Positions 46,437 to 57,093 of a stretch of 64,000 bases of DNA are shown here, one piece after another; the stretch's first letter is position 1, and each line of letters starts with the position of its first letter. The stretch lies in IMG/VR virus record IMGVR_UViG_3300012347_000031. The stretch is one strand, 5' to 3'. The notes below the pieces were generated by a model. It made no database searches, had not been told where the DNA came from, and saw only the letters and a program-made list of their open reading frames with translations. The position numbers were made by a program, and so were the translations under genes. Origin of the DNA: an uncultured virus (IMG/VR IMGVR_UViG_3300012347_000031). Taxonomy: Duplodnaviria; Heunggongvirae; Uroviricota; Caudoviricetes.

Positions 46437-47735
46437 TTACATCAAGTTAGTAACCTTAACGCGACGGTAGTAGTAGTTTGCGTTCGCAGTCAAGTTGTCT
46501 TGACCAGAAGTGCCATCGTCAAGGTTGACGAATGGGTTAGCAACTAGACCGTAACGAGTCTTGAAACCAATCTTTGGTTGGAAGCTGTTAGGATCAACAG
46601 CGCGAACCATTTGCAATGGAACGTATGGGCAGTAGAACAAGCCAGCGTCGAAAGCAGAAGTACCCTTGTAACCAACAACGAAGTATTGGTCAGCAGAGAT
46701 GTTAGCTGCATATGGATCAACGTAAACTTTGTACTTGCCGTTCAATACACCAGCAAAAGTAGTAGAAGTGTCATCGATGTTCAAAGCAGAGTTGCCTTGA
46801 AGAGCAGGAGTGTAGTCAAGAACACCAGCCATCGCCAATGCAGAAGCAACGTCTGCAGAAGTGATGATGAAGTTACCACGACCACGACGTGTCAATTGAC
46901 CAACAGCGTTCGCTTCGCGTTCGATTTGGAACAATAGACCCTTGAATTTTTCAACAGACCAACGACCGTTAGAGTCAACGTCCAAGTCGAAAGTACCAGC
47001 AGTAGCAGTACCAACTTGAGCACCAGCCTTAGCAGTCTTGTATACAGTGCGAACAACTTCGCGGTTGATTTCAGTCAAGATTTCTGCAGACAAGATGTTA
47101 GACAATTCGCCTTCAGCGTCCAAACCATGCACAGACTTCATGTCTTGTGCTAGTTCGATAGAGTATTCTGCCTTCAAAGCACGAGTCTTTGCAGTAACAG
47201 AAGTCTTCTCGATAGAGAATGCCATTTGACCGAATGAACCGTCACCAGAACCACCTTGACCCAAACGCTCAGCAGCGTCAGTAGCCAAACCAGAACCAGT
47301 AGTCATGTTTGCTACGTCTGTAACAGAACCAGCGTGAGTGCCAGTACCAGAGTAGTCAGTGTCAGCTTCGTTGAACAAAGCCTCATTGCCACCCATAGAA
47401 CCATAGCGAGACTTCATTGCGAAGATCAAGCCAGTTGGTTGAGTCATTGGTTGAACGCCAGCGATGTCATAGGCGATCAATTGTGGCATTGCACGGCGAA
47501 CCAAGCTGATCAAAACTGGGTCAAACTTAGCGAAACCGCCAGTGTCACCATAAGAACCAACAGCGTTAGTTGGTGCAGTTTCGAACAATGCTTCGCGTTG
47601 CTTAGCCATTTCGCGTTCTTGGTTTTCCAAAAGAACAGCAGTAACTTCCTTACGGTAGTTATCTTTGATTGGGGATGCTTCTGCGTGCTCTAGAATCGGA
47701 GCCCACTTTTTCATCAAGTCTTGACGTGTTGTCAT
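46437..47735 (-). CDS. gp23: Major capsid protein (gp23)
   Basis: KWAPILE, LLENQE, GVQPM..PTGLIFAM, RALKAEYS.ELAQD and FQPKIGFKTRYG. Confidence 0.98.
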   Translation of the reverse strand: MTTRQDLMKKWAPILEHAEASPIKDNYRKEVTAVLLENQEREMAKQREALFETAPTNAVGSYGDTGGFAKFDPVLISLVRRAMPQLIAYDIAGVQPMTQPTGLIFAMKSRYGSMGGNEALFNEADTDYSGTGTHAGSVTDVANMTTGSGLATDAAERLGQGGSGDGSFGQMAFSIEKTSVTAKTRALKAEYSIELAQDMKSVHGLDAEGELSNILSAEILTEINREVVRTVYKTAKAGAQVGTATAGTFDLDVDSNGRWSVEKFKGLLFQIEREANAVGQLTRRGRGNFIITSADVASALAMAGVLDYTPALQGNSALNIDDTSTTFAGVLNGKYKVYVDPYAANISADQYFVVGYKGTSAFDAGLFYCPYVPLQMVRAVDPNSFQPKIGFKTRYGLVANPFVNLDDGTSGQDNLTANANYYYRRVKVTNLM

Positions 47736-47750
47736 GTTATTTCCTTTAAA

Positions 47751-48782
47751 TTAACGTTTGTTGAGTGCTTGTAGATATTTTGCCATAGTTGGGTCAACTG
47801 TCTTAACAGCTTCTTCAGTTAGGCTCTCTACTGGAGTATCAGTAACTACAGAAGAAACTTCTGCAGTTGGCTTAGTAGTGAAGTAATTTTCACGGATAGT
47901 TTTTACTTTAGAAGTAAAAGTCTCTTCGCTTTCGAAAGAAAGTTCTTCTACTAGACCCAAGAACTTTTCGCTCTCAGTAGCAGACAAACCTTCGCCGATC
48001 ATCTTAACGATATCGCTACGCTTTTGCTCAGCAAGAGTCTTGCTTAGTTCAACGTTAGTAGCAACTTGTTCATTAAGTTTAGCTTCTAGTTCAGCAACCT
48101 TATCTTCCATTTCAGCTAGAACGTCAAAACGCTCTTCTGGAACTTCGATATAGTGCTCTTCAAACAAGCCTTTAAGACCAGAAACAAAACCTTCTAGAAT
48201 TTCAGACTTCATACCACGCTCAAGGGCAATTTCATTATTTGCGATCCACTGCTCGGCGATATAGCCAAGATATCCATCAACTTGCTCAACAAGACCCTCT
48301 ACATTCTTTTCAGTTGCTTCAAGCAACTTGCTTTGGAATTCTTCTTCGATGCGGGCAACTTCTTCGTTAACACGAACCATTACGGCTGCTTCGAAAATAG
48401 TAGTTGCTTTCTCTTTGAATTCTTCAGACAATTCTTCACCATGGAACAATGCGTCCATGTCTTCCTTAACGGCATTACCTTTGCGCACTTCTGTGCGGTC
48501 ACCGTTCTTTGGATTAGCAGCGCCAGCACTTGGTGCAGCTTCTGCTTGCTTTTGAGTATCGACGTTGTTACGTGCATTGTCTGGGTTCTGCTCGATAGCA
48601 GGAACAGTGACAGCATCACCCTTAGATGGGTTTGTTTGGTCACCAGCACCAGCGTTTGCTGTTACGTCTTTAGCACCTGTTTCAGTGCCATCAGGCTTTA
48701 CCTTCTCTTCGCTAATCTGTTCTGCTAGTTTAGCAGCTTTAGATTCAGCAAGAAGTTCGGCGATCTTTTGTTCGATTGACAT
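47751..48782 (-). CDS. gp22: Prohead core scaffold (gp22)
   Basis: LSEEFKEKATTIFEAAV and VDGYL.Y..EQW, at the expected position. Confidence 0.92.
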   Translation of the reverse strand: MSIEQKIAELLAESKAAKLAEQISEEKVKPDGTETGAKDVTANAGAGDQTNPSKGDAVTVPAIEQNPDNARNNVDTQKQAEAAPSAGAANPKNGDRTEVRKGNAVKEDMDALFHGEELSEEFKEKATTIFEAAVMVRVNEEVARIEEEFQSKLLEATEKNVEGLVEQVDGYLGYIAEQWIANNEIALERGMKSEILEGFVSGLKGLFEEHYIEVPEERFDVLAEMEDKVAELEAKLNEQVATNVELSKTLAEQKRSDIVKMIGEGLSATESEKFLGLVEELSFESEETFTSKVKTIRENYFTTKPTAEVSSVVTDTPVESLTEEAVKTVDPTMAKYLQALNKR

Positions 48783-48829
48783 CGTTATGTTCTCCTAACT
48801 TGGGATAGTTCTATTAAATTATTTAGTAT

Positions 48830-49483
48830 TTATCTGATTTTACTCAGGAAATTTTGGAAAGCTAATACCTTAGCTTCTTGAAGACTTCTTGAAGAAGCAT
48901 TACGAATAGTACGTTGTGCTGCTTCAATATCTCTCTCCACGTAGTGTCCATTAACAAACACCCATTCCTTACCTTCCATAATACCTCTTACGAAAGCATC
49001 AGGTGCAGATGGGTCAGCAACGATGTCAGCTGCAGTGGACAACATGAAATCGTCTTGAACAACTTGAACGCCCTCTTTATTCATTTGAAGAGAACCCAGT
49101 GCTCTACTAGAAACGCCAAGGTTAGCGCCACCGTCTAAAAGACCTTTAGCGATTTGACCCATTGGTGTGTCTAGAATCTTTGCTCTACCGATGTAGTTAG
49201 TACCTTCTTTACGAAGCGAAGTGATCAAGTGAGACACGCGATCCAAGTTAATGGATGGAGTATCTGGGTGACCTAGTTCGCCGTAAGCGCGGTTCTTCAT
49301 CACGTAGTTTTCATTGTAACGTTGTACTTCGGCATCCATAACACGTTCTGGATACATACGACCGTTACGATTCTGTAATTCTGATTGAAGGAATACACCT
49401 TCAATGAAATATTCTTTTTTCTTACCTAGTTTTTCTTCTACGATAACGTTAGTTGTGTCGAAGACTTCTTTGATTAGTCGCAT
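48830..49483 (-). CDS. gp21: Prohead protease (gp21)
   Basis: NRNGRMYP, GELGHP, GVSSRALGS and DIVADPSAPDA. Confidence 0.96.
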   Translation of the reverse strand: MRLIKEVFDTTNVIVEEKLGKKKEYFIEGVFLQSELQNRNGRMYPERVMDAEVQRYNENYVMKNRAYGELGHPDTPSINLDRVSHLITSLRKEGTNYIGRAKILDTPMGQIAKGLLDGGANLGVSSRALGSLQMNKEGVQVVQDDFMLSTAADIVADPSAPDAFVRGIMEGKEWVFVNGHYVERDIEAAQRTIRNASSRSLQEAKVLAFQNFLSKIR

Positions 49484-49908
49484 TATTCGCCTACCTTAGT
49501 TGTGTCATCGTAAATAGAGAACTGAGCAGTTTCAACTTTAGTTGCATATCCACTAACTTTACGTAGAGTTAGGTAGATGTGTGCTTCAGCGCCAGCAATT
49601 GTTACCACAATGTCGCTTGTGTTTTCTTGAGTATCAACAAACCCGATATCATTCAATAGAATTTTACCGTTGTTCTCTGCAGCGATAGCAAGGACTGGAA
49701 CAGCATTACGTGTTACAGTGATAGCAGAGTTCAACAAGCCAGTGTGAACTGATGAAATGATATTTACAGTTTGAGTGTCACCACTCAATGCCTGTGTAGA
49801 AGCAAGGCAGTCTGTTTGAAGATCAATGGTAGCAGAACCTGCAGTACCACCAACCTTAACGACTGTCTCTTGGTTTGTGTTCTTAATAATTGTCTTAGTG
49901 ACAGCCAT
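49483..49908 (-). CDS. Head-cluster hypothetical protein, paralogue of 5860-6351
   Basis: Shared C-terminus KVETAQFSIYD. Confidence 0.6.
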   Translation of the reverse strand: MAVTKTIIKNTNQETVVKVGGTAGSATIDLQTDCLASTQALSGDTQTVNIISSVHTGLLNSAITVTRNAVPVLAIAAENNGKILLNDIGFVDTQENTSDIVVTIAGAEAHIYLTLRKVSGYATKVETAQFSIYDDTTKVGE

Positions 49909-49909
49909 T

Positions 49910-50455
49910 TTATTCCTCTAGTTTCTCAAGCACAGATAGAAAGTTCTCTTTTGACTCTCTCATGTGCTCAATAATCTCTGTTTGATTTGCCAATAATTTA
50001 TTTAGGCGTTCTTGCGTTTGCTCTGCAATTGCAATAATGCTTTCATCGGCTAGAACATAATGTAACTTACCCTCAACAATCTTATCGAGTTTGTTAAGAG
50101 AACGAATCTTATGAACAACAGGATCAACACTGAACATGTTAGAAGAAGCAAGTTGGAGATATGTTTCGATTAGCGTATCAGTTACTTTAATGTCGTGATG
50201 TTCTTTAATGATGTTCGCAACAGTTGTATCAGATAGTTCTTCGTATAGTTGTTTTGCTATTTGCTCTTCTAATTGACGCGCAGTATGTTCTTCTTTGATG
50301 CTAGTTCTTGCTTCTTCTAAGCTAGAAAATTCTGAATTCTTACCGTCAACCAAAATAGTACCATCGTCCAATTGTTCGACGATGTGGTCGTAAGAACGAA
50401 GGTGCTTAACACACCCTTCGGTTCTTAACAATTTGGCGAAAGTAGAATATTTCAT
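49910..50455 (-). CDS. Hypothetical prohead-region protein (gp68 position)
   Basis: Lies between the portal and protease genes. Confidence 0.55.
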   Translation of the reverse strand: MKYSTFAKLLRTEGCVKHLRSYDHIVEQLDDGTILVDGKNSEFSSLEEARTSIKEEHTARQLEEQIAKQLYEELSDTTVANIIKEHHDIKVTDTLIETYLQLASSNMFSVDPVVHKIRSLNKLDKIVEGKLHYVLADESIIAIAEQTQERLNKLLANQTEIIEHMRESKENFLSVLEKLEE

Positions 50456-50658
50456 TCGGCTGCTGGTTCTGGTGTAACTTCAGATGATGCTTCAACAGAA
50501 GCCTCAACTGTCTTGAACATGTTCTGTGCAACGTTAGTGCGCATGTCGTCCAATTTAGTAGAGATCTTCTCAGCAATACCTGCGTTGAACGCTGCTTCGA
50601 TATCAGTGGCATTGCCAGAACGAATAGCGTTGATTAAATTTGTAGCAACTTCAGACAT
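50452..50658 (-). CDS. Small prohead core protein (gp67-like)
   Basis: NLINAIRSGN...AFN...KI...LD and an acidic tail, directly after the portal gene. Confidence 0.6.
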   Translation of the reverse strand: MSEVATNLINAIRSGNATDIEAAFNAGIAEKISTKLDDMRTNVAQNMFKTVEASVEASSEVTPEPAAE

Positions 50659-50667
50659 AATAACTCC

Positions 50668-52278
50668 TTACTTTTGATTTTGTTTTGGCGCTGCAGCATT
50701 GTTAGGCACTTCTTGTGCGCCTTGTTCCAAAGCATCTGGAGCATTAGCTTGCAGATAGTTTTGTTGAGCAGCTTGTGTTGCACCAGCAACAGTACCGATG
50801 TGTTCGGCGTGATCGATATAATCTTCAGACTCTTTGTTAATCTGCTTACTGATCATATCAATATCGTCTTGAGTCTGCATCAATACGTTCTTCTTGATCC
50901 AGTCAAGAGAGTAGAACTTACCGATGTATGGCTCAGCCAATTGCAACAGTTGTAGGCGTTGAGTCAATAACTCAGCATCCTTCAATTCTGAATAGTGGTT
51001 GTCTTCTAGGTAGTCGAAGCGAATGAATTGACGTAGGTCTTCCCATTCTTCTAGCTTGATAACATTCTTAGCAACCAACTGAACCTTCAGTGATTCTAAG
51101 AACAGTACTGCAAACTTCTTACGTAGTCGAACGATGAACTTGTTGAACTTAACTTCGTCACGGCTAATCTCGTTGGAACGTCCCATCGAGAAACCTTGTT
51201 GCTGTTGCATACGGCTAACAGGAACATTCAATGCGTGGTATAGTTTGTTCTGGAAATATTCAATGTCTTGAATCTCACCCAAGTTTTGACCGCCTGGAAG
51301 TGTAGTGATTTCTGTACCCTTACCACCTTCACGGCGTGGCATCCAGAAGTCTTCCATCATGGACAAGTGGCGACGATCGTCACGAGTCTCACCAGTGGTA
51401 GCATCATAAACAATCTTGTTACGGAATTTGTTCATGATGTCAGAGACATATTGCTCTGCCTTTAATTTAGGCAAGTTACCAACGTCAACGTAGAAAATAC
51501 GACGTTCAGGTGCACGAGAGATACGGTAGATAACTACAGCATCTTCGATCATCTTTAGTTGGTTAACAGGCTTGATTGCCTTATGTAGATAAGACATTGC
51601 CATGCCAGTGTTCTGATCAATGTAACCAGAAGGGGCATATAGAACAGAATCAATTGAAAGTTTGACACCTTGTGTAGACTGCTCAGTAATACCTTTGTCG
51701 TTATAAAGGTAGAACTCTTCGATAGTCTTGATGACTTCAACTCCTGCTGGAGTCTTTTCTTTCTTGATGTTCTTGATCTTGCGGATCTTACGAGGGTCAA
51801 TGTAACGTAGTTCTACGATACCTTGTTTGACATTTTTCTCGTCGATTAGAATTTGGTAATACAAACGTCCGTCGATGTACCAAGTTCTGAAAATTTCGTG
51901 AGCACGTTCGCCGAACTTTAACAGGCGAAGCACTTCATCAAACTCATCACGAATCTTAGTCTTGATTGAATCAGAAACCTTTAGGTCATCCAAAACAATT
52001 TCAACTGGTCGTTGTTCTTCATGGGCAACGATTGCTTCATTGACGATGTCCTCAATGGCACCATCACAATCGCTGTATTGCGAAACCTCACGATAACGAC
52101 GGATTAGGTCGTTCTCGTTTTTAACAACTGTGTCGAGGTCGACAACAAGACCATAATACCCACCAGCATTTACGCCAGTGTTAATTATGGTCGAGCCGTC
52201 AGCCGCACTTGGTGGCACAACGGACACCAAGTTCGGTTCATCTTTTTTACGCTTGATTTCAAAGCCAAAAAGCTGCAT
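50668..52278 (-). CDS. gp20: Portal protein (gp20)
   Basis: WYIDGR, YRISRAPERRIFYVDVGNLP and EDFWMPRREGGKGTEITTLPGG. Confidence 0.98.
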   Translation of the reverse strand: MQLFGFEIKRKKDEPNLVSVVPPSAADGSTIINTGVNAGGYYGLVVDLDTVVKNENDLIRRYREVSQYSDCDGAIEDIVNEAIVAHEEQRPVEIVLDDLKVSDSIKTKIRDEFDEVLRLLKFGERAHEIFRTWYIDGRLYYQILIDEKNVKQGIVELRYIDPRKIRKIKNIKKEKTPAGVEVIKTIEEFYLYNDKGITEQSTQGVKLSIDSVLYAPSGYIDQNTGMAMSYLHKAIKPVNQLKMIEDAVVIYRISRAPERRIFYVDVGNLPKLKAEQYVSDIMNKFRNKIVYDATTGETRDDRRHLSMMEDFWMPRREGGKGTEITTLPGGQNLGEIQDIEYFQNKLYHALNVPVSRMQQQQGFSMGRSNEISRDEVKFNKFIVRLRKKFAVLFLESLKVQLVAKNVIKLEEWEDLRQFIRFDYLEDNHYSELKDAELLTQRLQLLQLAEPYIGKFYSLDWIKKNVLMQTQDDIDMISKQINKESEDYIDHAEHIGTVAGATQAAQQNYLQANAPDALEQGAQEVPNNAAAPKQNQK

Positions 52279-52302
52279 TATATAATCCTTCTAAAATCCA
52301 GA

Positions 52303-52890
52303 TTAAACTGGGAAAGTACCAATTGGAGTATTGATACCAACGTTAACACCGAAGCCAGCAGCAGCGCCAGTCTCAGAAGTGAAGAAGTTGTAGACGAATT
52401 CAACGTCGAACTGTTCAATTGCGTTTTGTTGTTCGTAGTCAAGTGTGATTGCACCGATGTTAGTCGGGAATGCGTCAGTAAACTTATATGATTTAATTGT
52501 AGCACCGTTACGGTCAAGCTGGTGAACAGACAAGTCAACTTGATAGTCAGTAGGGTTAGTACGACCAAGAGTTGTGTTGTATTGTTGGATACCAGATTGC
52601 CATTGTTCTAGAGCGTTACGAATGTTGAAAGTCGTATCGTTATAGATTGAAACAGTCCATGGTTGGAATGAACGCTCACCAGCAAAGTTAACAGGGCGAC
52701 CACGGTAAGGGATTGAAATAGTTTCAATTGTGGAAGCAGGTAGAGACGCAGCACGGCACAAGAACTGTGCACGTTGACCAGCGATAACACCAAGTGTAAC
52801 GAATGATGGGAATGTCATCTCAACACGGAATTGGTTAGGGCGTGAACCGCCACCAATCATCTGTGCTTTGAAGTCAGCAATATTTGCCAT
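52303..52890 (-). CDS. gp19: Tail tube protein (gp19)
   Basis: GGSRPNQF, AGERSFQPWTV...ND and QLDRNG...FPT. Confidence 0.95.
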   Translation of the reverse strand: MANIADFKAQMIGGGSRPNQFRVEMTFPSFVTLGVIAGQRAQFLCRAASLPASTIETISIPYRGRPVNFAGERSFQPWTVSIYNDTTFNIRNALEQWQSGIQQYNTTLGRTNPTDYQVDLSVHQLDRNGATIKSYKFTDAFPTNIGAITLDYEQQNAIEQFDVEFVYNFFTSETGAAAGFGVNVGINTPIGTFPV

Positions 52891-52930
52891 TTAATTCTCC
52901 TTGTTCTTATCTTTATTTATTCGTTGTAGA

Positions 52931-52953
52931 TGGGGAGGTTTTCACCTCCCCTT
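52931..52953 (-). terminator. Hairpin after the sheath gene (terminator or processing stem)
   Basis: GGGGAGG-tgaaaa-CCTCCCC. Confidence 0.5.
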
Positions 52954-52957
52954 TCTA

Positions 52958-55438
52958 TTAGGCGCCAACTTCAGAGAAGTTGATACCAGAACGAGTCGCA
53001 ACGAAGTTCAAAGTGATGTAGTTGATAGAACGAGTTGGCTTGACGAAGATGTCAGCAATAAATTCGTTACGATCGATAACTTCACCAGTGTTGTTAGACT
53101 CATCACACTTGATCAAGAACTCAGTAACACCACGGCGACCTTGTACGTCACGTAGGAATGGTTCAACTAGGTTCTTGAACTGCGCACGAGTGAAGCTGTC
53201 GTTGAATTCGAACAACTGATACTTCGCAGCAGTAGCGATAGATTTTTCTAGAACGATGAACAAACGACGAACGTTGATACGGTCAAACGCAGATGGCTTG
53301 CTCAACAATGTCTTGTCACCGAACAGAACAGTACCTTGACCTGGGAATGTAACAACTGGGTTGATAGCATTCTTGTACAAGTTGTCACGGTTAGTTTGGT
53401 TTGGATTGCAAGACAAACGAACAACAGACTTAACTTGACCACGGTTCATACCACCTGGACTCCACCATGGATCGTTAGTGTAGTCAGTACGAGCGCATAG
53501 ACCAGCGATGTCGCCGTTCAATGGAACCCAACGATACACGTCATTGTAACGATCGTATTGGTACTTGAAGCCAGAGTCAAGAACAGCGTAAGAAGAACTT
53601 GGTAGTTCGTTACGGTAAGCAACTAGCTTTGTAACAGCAGTAGAGTCGTCGCCGATGATAACTTCACCAGTGTCAACGTCTTCTGGAGAGATGAATACGA
53701 TACAGTCCTTACGGAATTCTGCAATGTTTTCGATCAAGTGTTGAGCAACAACAGAGTTTGCTTTACCAGCCATGATCAAGTTAACATCATACAGAGTTGT
53801 GTTAGAGAACAAGTCGTATGCAGCAATACGGTTAGCGTCTGTAGATTCAGACTCGTCAACACCACCAGCTAGTGATTGTGTCAAAGGAGCAGACATAGAC
53901 ATGAATGTCTTACCAGCCATTGCTTGACCCCAGTTAGTTGACAACAACGGTACACCGTTTTCATCAACTTCGCGATCCAACATGTCTGTGTGATCCATCC
54001 ACCATACATACTCAGAACGAGAGTTAATCACGTCTTTGTAGTAGTTGTTTGTACCATCTTGTTTCTTAGCATCAGATGCCTTAGAAGCGAATGCGTATTT
54101 TTCTAGGATGTAATCCTTTTGACCAGAGATCAAACCATCTTCGTCAACAACGATGATGTGTAGTTCGTCATTAGAACCACCAACGCGATCAGCTTGATCA
54201 GAAGTTCCAGGTGCTGCGTCGAATTCATTCTTGTATGTCCAAGCATCGAATGTATCAGCATCAGCCATAGAAACTTTTAGAGTGTTACCTAGACGACCTG
54301 GATATTTTGCAGCCCACTCACCATAGATACCACCACCGTTCAAGAACTGTGCAGAGTAGTATTGAGAGTTGTAGATTGCAACACCAGTAGTTGTAACTTC
54401 AACAGTTGCGCTTGCAGTGTTTCCAGATGGAGGTGCAGCGATAACAATAGTTGGAGCAACGGACAAACCGCTACCAACTGTGCAACCTTGAGAAGTGAAG
54501 TCTAGACCAGTGATAGTAGAAGCACCAACAGTAACAGAACCAACAACAGCTGGGACTTGGGCAGAGCCAGTCAATGTTACAGTAGGAGTCTTCTTGTAGC
54601 CAGAACCTTGGTTAACTGGAACAACAGAAACGATGCTAGATGTACCGATGGCAGCACCGAAAGATGCACCAGAACCAGTAGTATCAGTAACGTTTACAGT
54701 TGGAGAAGAAGTATAGCCAGAACCAGCGCTGTCGATAACAACAGAAGTGATAACGCCACCTTGAACAACTGCGTGAGCAGTAGCACCAGTACCACCACCA
54801 CCAACGATTTGGATAGATGGAGATGTGTATGCAGAGCCACCAGATGAAACAGTAATACCTGTTAGTGGAGCGCCAGAAAGGATAGCTTGAGCAGTCGCGC
54901 CAGTACCAGTATCGCCAGCAGCTGGAGTAATAACTACAGTTGGAGCGTTAGAGTAACCAGAACCTGCATCAGAAACAGTGTAACCAGTAATACCGCCACC
55001 AGAAAGGATAGCCTTAGCAACTGGCATAACACCACCTTCTTCCAACTCGCCATAAGCGATGTCGAAAGTTACAGCAGGAGGAGCGATGATAGAGTTGTAA
55101 CCAGAACCAACGTTTGTCATAACGACAGACGATGGGTTAATAGAACCAGTTGGAGTACCAACAGCGTTCTTCATTGAAGCAGTCTTTTCGCGAACGAGCA
55201 GAATGTTGTTAGAGTAAGATAGGAAGTTGGCAGCTGTATAGAAAGATTCAAAGTTGTTGTTTTGCGGATAGCCAAAACGACGCACCAACTCATCTTCAGA
55301 CGAAATAGTGATTGGTTCTTCTACTGGACCCCATTCAAACATACCAGCAAACGCACCTACAGAAGTAGCAACGGCTGGAATGATAGAGGTAAAGTCTTTT
55401 TCTACGACTGCAACGCCTGGAGATAATTGAAACGGCAT
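52958..55438 (-). CDS. gp18: Tail sheath protein (gp18) with repeat insertion
   Basis: SPGVAVVEKD, WGP, FDRINVRRLF and KPTRSINYITLNF. Confidence 0.97.
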   Translation of the reverse strand: MPFQLSPGVAVVEKDFTSIIPAVATSVGAFAGMFEWGPVEEPITISSEDELVRRFGYPQNNNFESFYTAANFLSYSNNILLVREKTASMKNAVGTPTGSINPSSVVMTNVGSGYNSIIAPPAVTFDIAYGELEEGGVMPVAKAILSGGGITGYTVSDAGSGYSNAPTVVITPAAGDTGTGATAQAILSGAPLTGITVSSGGSAYTSPSIQIVGGGGTGATAHAVVQGGVITSVVIDSAGSGYTSSPTVNVTDTTGSGASFGAAIGTSSIVSVVPVNQGSGYKKTPTVTLTGSAQVPAVVGSVTVGASTITGLDFTSQGCTVGSGLSVAPTIVIAAPPSGNTASATVEVTTTGVAIYNSQYYSAQFLNGGGIYGEWAAKYPGRLGNTLKVSMADADTFDAWTYKNEFDAAPGTSDQADRVGGSNDELHIIVVDEDGLISGQKDYILEKYAFASKASDAKKQDGTNNYYKDVINSRSEYVWWMDHTDMLDREVDENGVPLLSTNWGQAMAGKTFMSMSAPLTQSLAGGVDESESTDANRIAAYDLFSNTTLYDVNLIMAGKANSVVAQHLIENIAEFRKDCIVFISPEDVDTGEVIIGDDSTAVTKLVAYRNELPSSSYAVLDSGFKYQYDRYNDVYRWVPLNGDIAGLCARTDYTNDPWWSPGGMNRGQVKSVVRLSCNPNQTNRDNLYKNAINPVVTFPGQGTVLFGDKTLLSKPSAFDRINVRRLFIVLEKSIATAAKYQLFEFNDSFTRAQFKNLVEPFLRDVQGRRGVTEFLIKCDESNNTGEVIDRNEFIADIFVKPTRSINYITLNFVATRSGINFSEVGA

Positions 55439-55514
55439 TGTTGTTCTCCTTGTTAATAAGTTTACTTTTAGACAAATTTCATGTCTACATTTTATTTAGC
55501 TTTTGCAGGTTTTC

Positions 55515-57092
55515 TCAAAAGTCCAGAGGATCAGCTTCTGGACCTCCATCGTCGTAGAAACCGAATGGCGTTAGTTCTTCTTCAATCGCCTTAATTTGCT
55601 TCTTATACATTAGTTCACGCAAGTTAATGTTATTTAGTTCTTTGAAGTAAGAGTTAGTTGTGAGCCAACCGAACAAAACCAAAGGCATAACCAAGTCATC
55701 GTGATAGCCTTCATCGGCTTCGTAAGATCCTTTTTTCTCGATAAAGGTCGAGATCTCGGAGATCGTATCAGCGTCATTGACAATCAGTTTGTTTTCTTCA
55801 ACGAGTGCCTTAAAGTTATGACACCCAATTCGCTTAATCTTCTTGTCAGTGTTGACCCCCAGTTGGGTCTTGCCGCCACCGAAACCACCAGAGACTGTCT
55901 GTCCTAGTGTATGGCGAGTTACGAATAGAAGGTTTTCATATTCTAATTCTTGATACAAGATATGAGCCACCTGTTCAGAGACGTTAATCTCTAGGAGAAC
56001 GAAGGCTTCGTTGTATTCTTTACCGATTTTGTAGATAACGTTCGGGTAAAGTAGAGGGCTTATTTCATTGTTTCTATACTTAGCCACGATACGATACGGC
56101 ACTTCAGTGATGTCGATCATCTGGAATGCCGAGTAGTCTCCACCAACACCCTTTGCAATGTCAGCAACCATACAGTAAGTGTGTCCAGCTTGTGGGCGAA
56201 CGTAAACGTCCAGACCTTCTTTCTGGTAAAGGATATCGTCAACTGACATCTTAGCGATAACATCTGAGTTGATCAGCGTTAAGCTAGAACCCAAGAAGTT
56301 ACATAGAACCTCTTGGTTGTATTTGAGTTCACCCAACATGGCTTTCTGTTCGAGAGCCCATGCTTCATCACGACCTGGAATTTCCCAGTATGGAATGAAT
56401 AGTGGAACGAATCCGTTGCGACCCTTCTCAGCATCAGTCCAAAACTTCCAGAAGTGGTTATAGCCAAGTGGAGTTGAAGACAGCAGAATCTTAGTGGTCT
56501 GACCAGCTGAAATAGTAGGGTAAACAGATGTAAAGAATTCCTCAGCAACGTTGTTTGGAATAATCGCAGCTTCGTCAACGTACAACATGTTAACAGACTT
56601 ACCACGAATACCAGACTTACCAGTCGCGGCAGTGAATACCTTTGAACCGTTTTCTAGTTCGATGTCACCCTTGTTCCAAGTAGTAACACCTTGTTGCATC
56701 CACTTAGGTAGAGACTCATACATCGTTTGGTAACGATCCAAAACTTCACGCGCAGCAGACGCTTTGTTCGCTAAGATAGCGACTTGTTTGTTAGCTTGGA
56801 ATAGGGTGTACCAGAGAATGTACGCTGCAGAAGAAGTCGTCTTACCTTGCTGACGACCTTCCATAAGAATAACACGACGGTTATTGTGGATGATGTTAAT
56901 CTTGTTACGTTGACAGTCGTATAACTTGAACAGCTTCAAACCGAAGTCAAGGGTAACGATATAACAGTAGTTCTCGATGAAGTAAATCGGATCCTGAGAA
57001 CACTTGATGTACTCTTGAATATTGTCAGGGGTAAACTCAACAGAAACGCCAGCTGCTTTTAAGTTGGCGTTCGAATTATAAATTTCAGCCAT
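55515..57092 (-). CDS. gp17: Terminase large subunit (gp17)
   Basis: RQQGKTT, YVDEAA, SSTPLG, DIAKGVGGDYS and HDDLVM. Confidence 0.97.
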   Translation of the reverse strand: MAEIYNSNANLKAAGVSVEFTPDNIQEYIKCSQDPIYFIENYCYIVTLDFGLKLFKLYDCQRNKINIIHNNRRVILMEGRQQGKTTSSAAYILWYTLFQANKQVAILANKASAAREVLDRYQTMYESLPKWMQQGVTTWNKGDIELENGSKVFTAATGKSGIRGKSVNMLYVDEAAIIPNNVAEEFFTSVYPTISAGQTTKILLSSTPLGYNHFWKFWTDAEKGRNGFVPLFIPYWEIPGRDEAWALEQKAMLGELKYNQEVLCNFLGSSLTLINSDVIAKMSVDDILYQKEGLDVYVRPQAGHTYCMVADIAKGVGGDYSAFQMIDITEVPYRIVAKYRNNEISPLLYPNVIYKIGKEYNEAFVLLEINVSEQVAHILYQELEYENLLFVTRHTLGQTVSGGFGGGKTQLGVNTDKKIKRIGCHNFKALVEENKLIVNDADTISEISTFIEKKGSYEADEGYHDDLVMPLVLFGWLTTNSYFKELNNINLRELMYKKQIKAIEEELTPFGFYDDGGPEADPLDF

Positions 57093-57093
57093 G

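Noticed and set aside
52278..52568. Alternate-frame ORF overlapping gp19
   Set aside because: It has no SD or recognisable motif and overlaps a conserved gene. Unlike the spanin case, it shows no functional signature.
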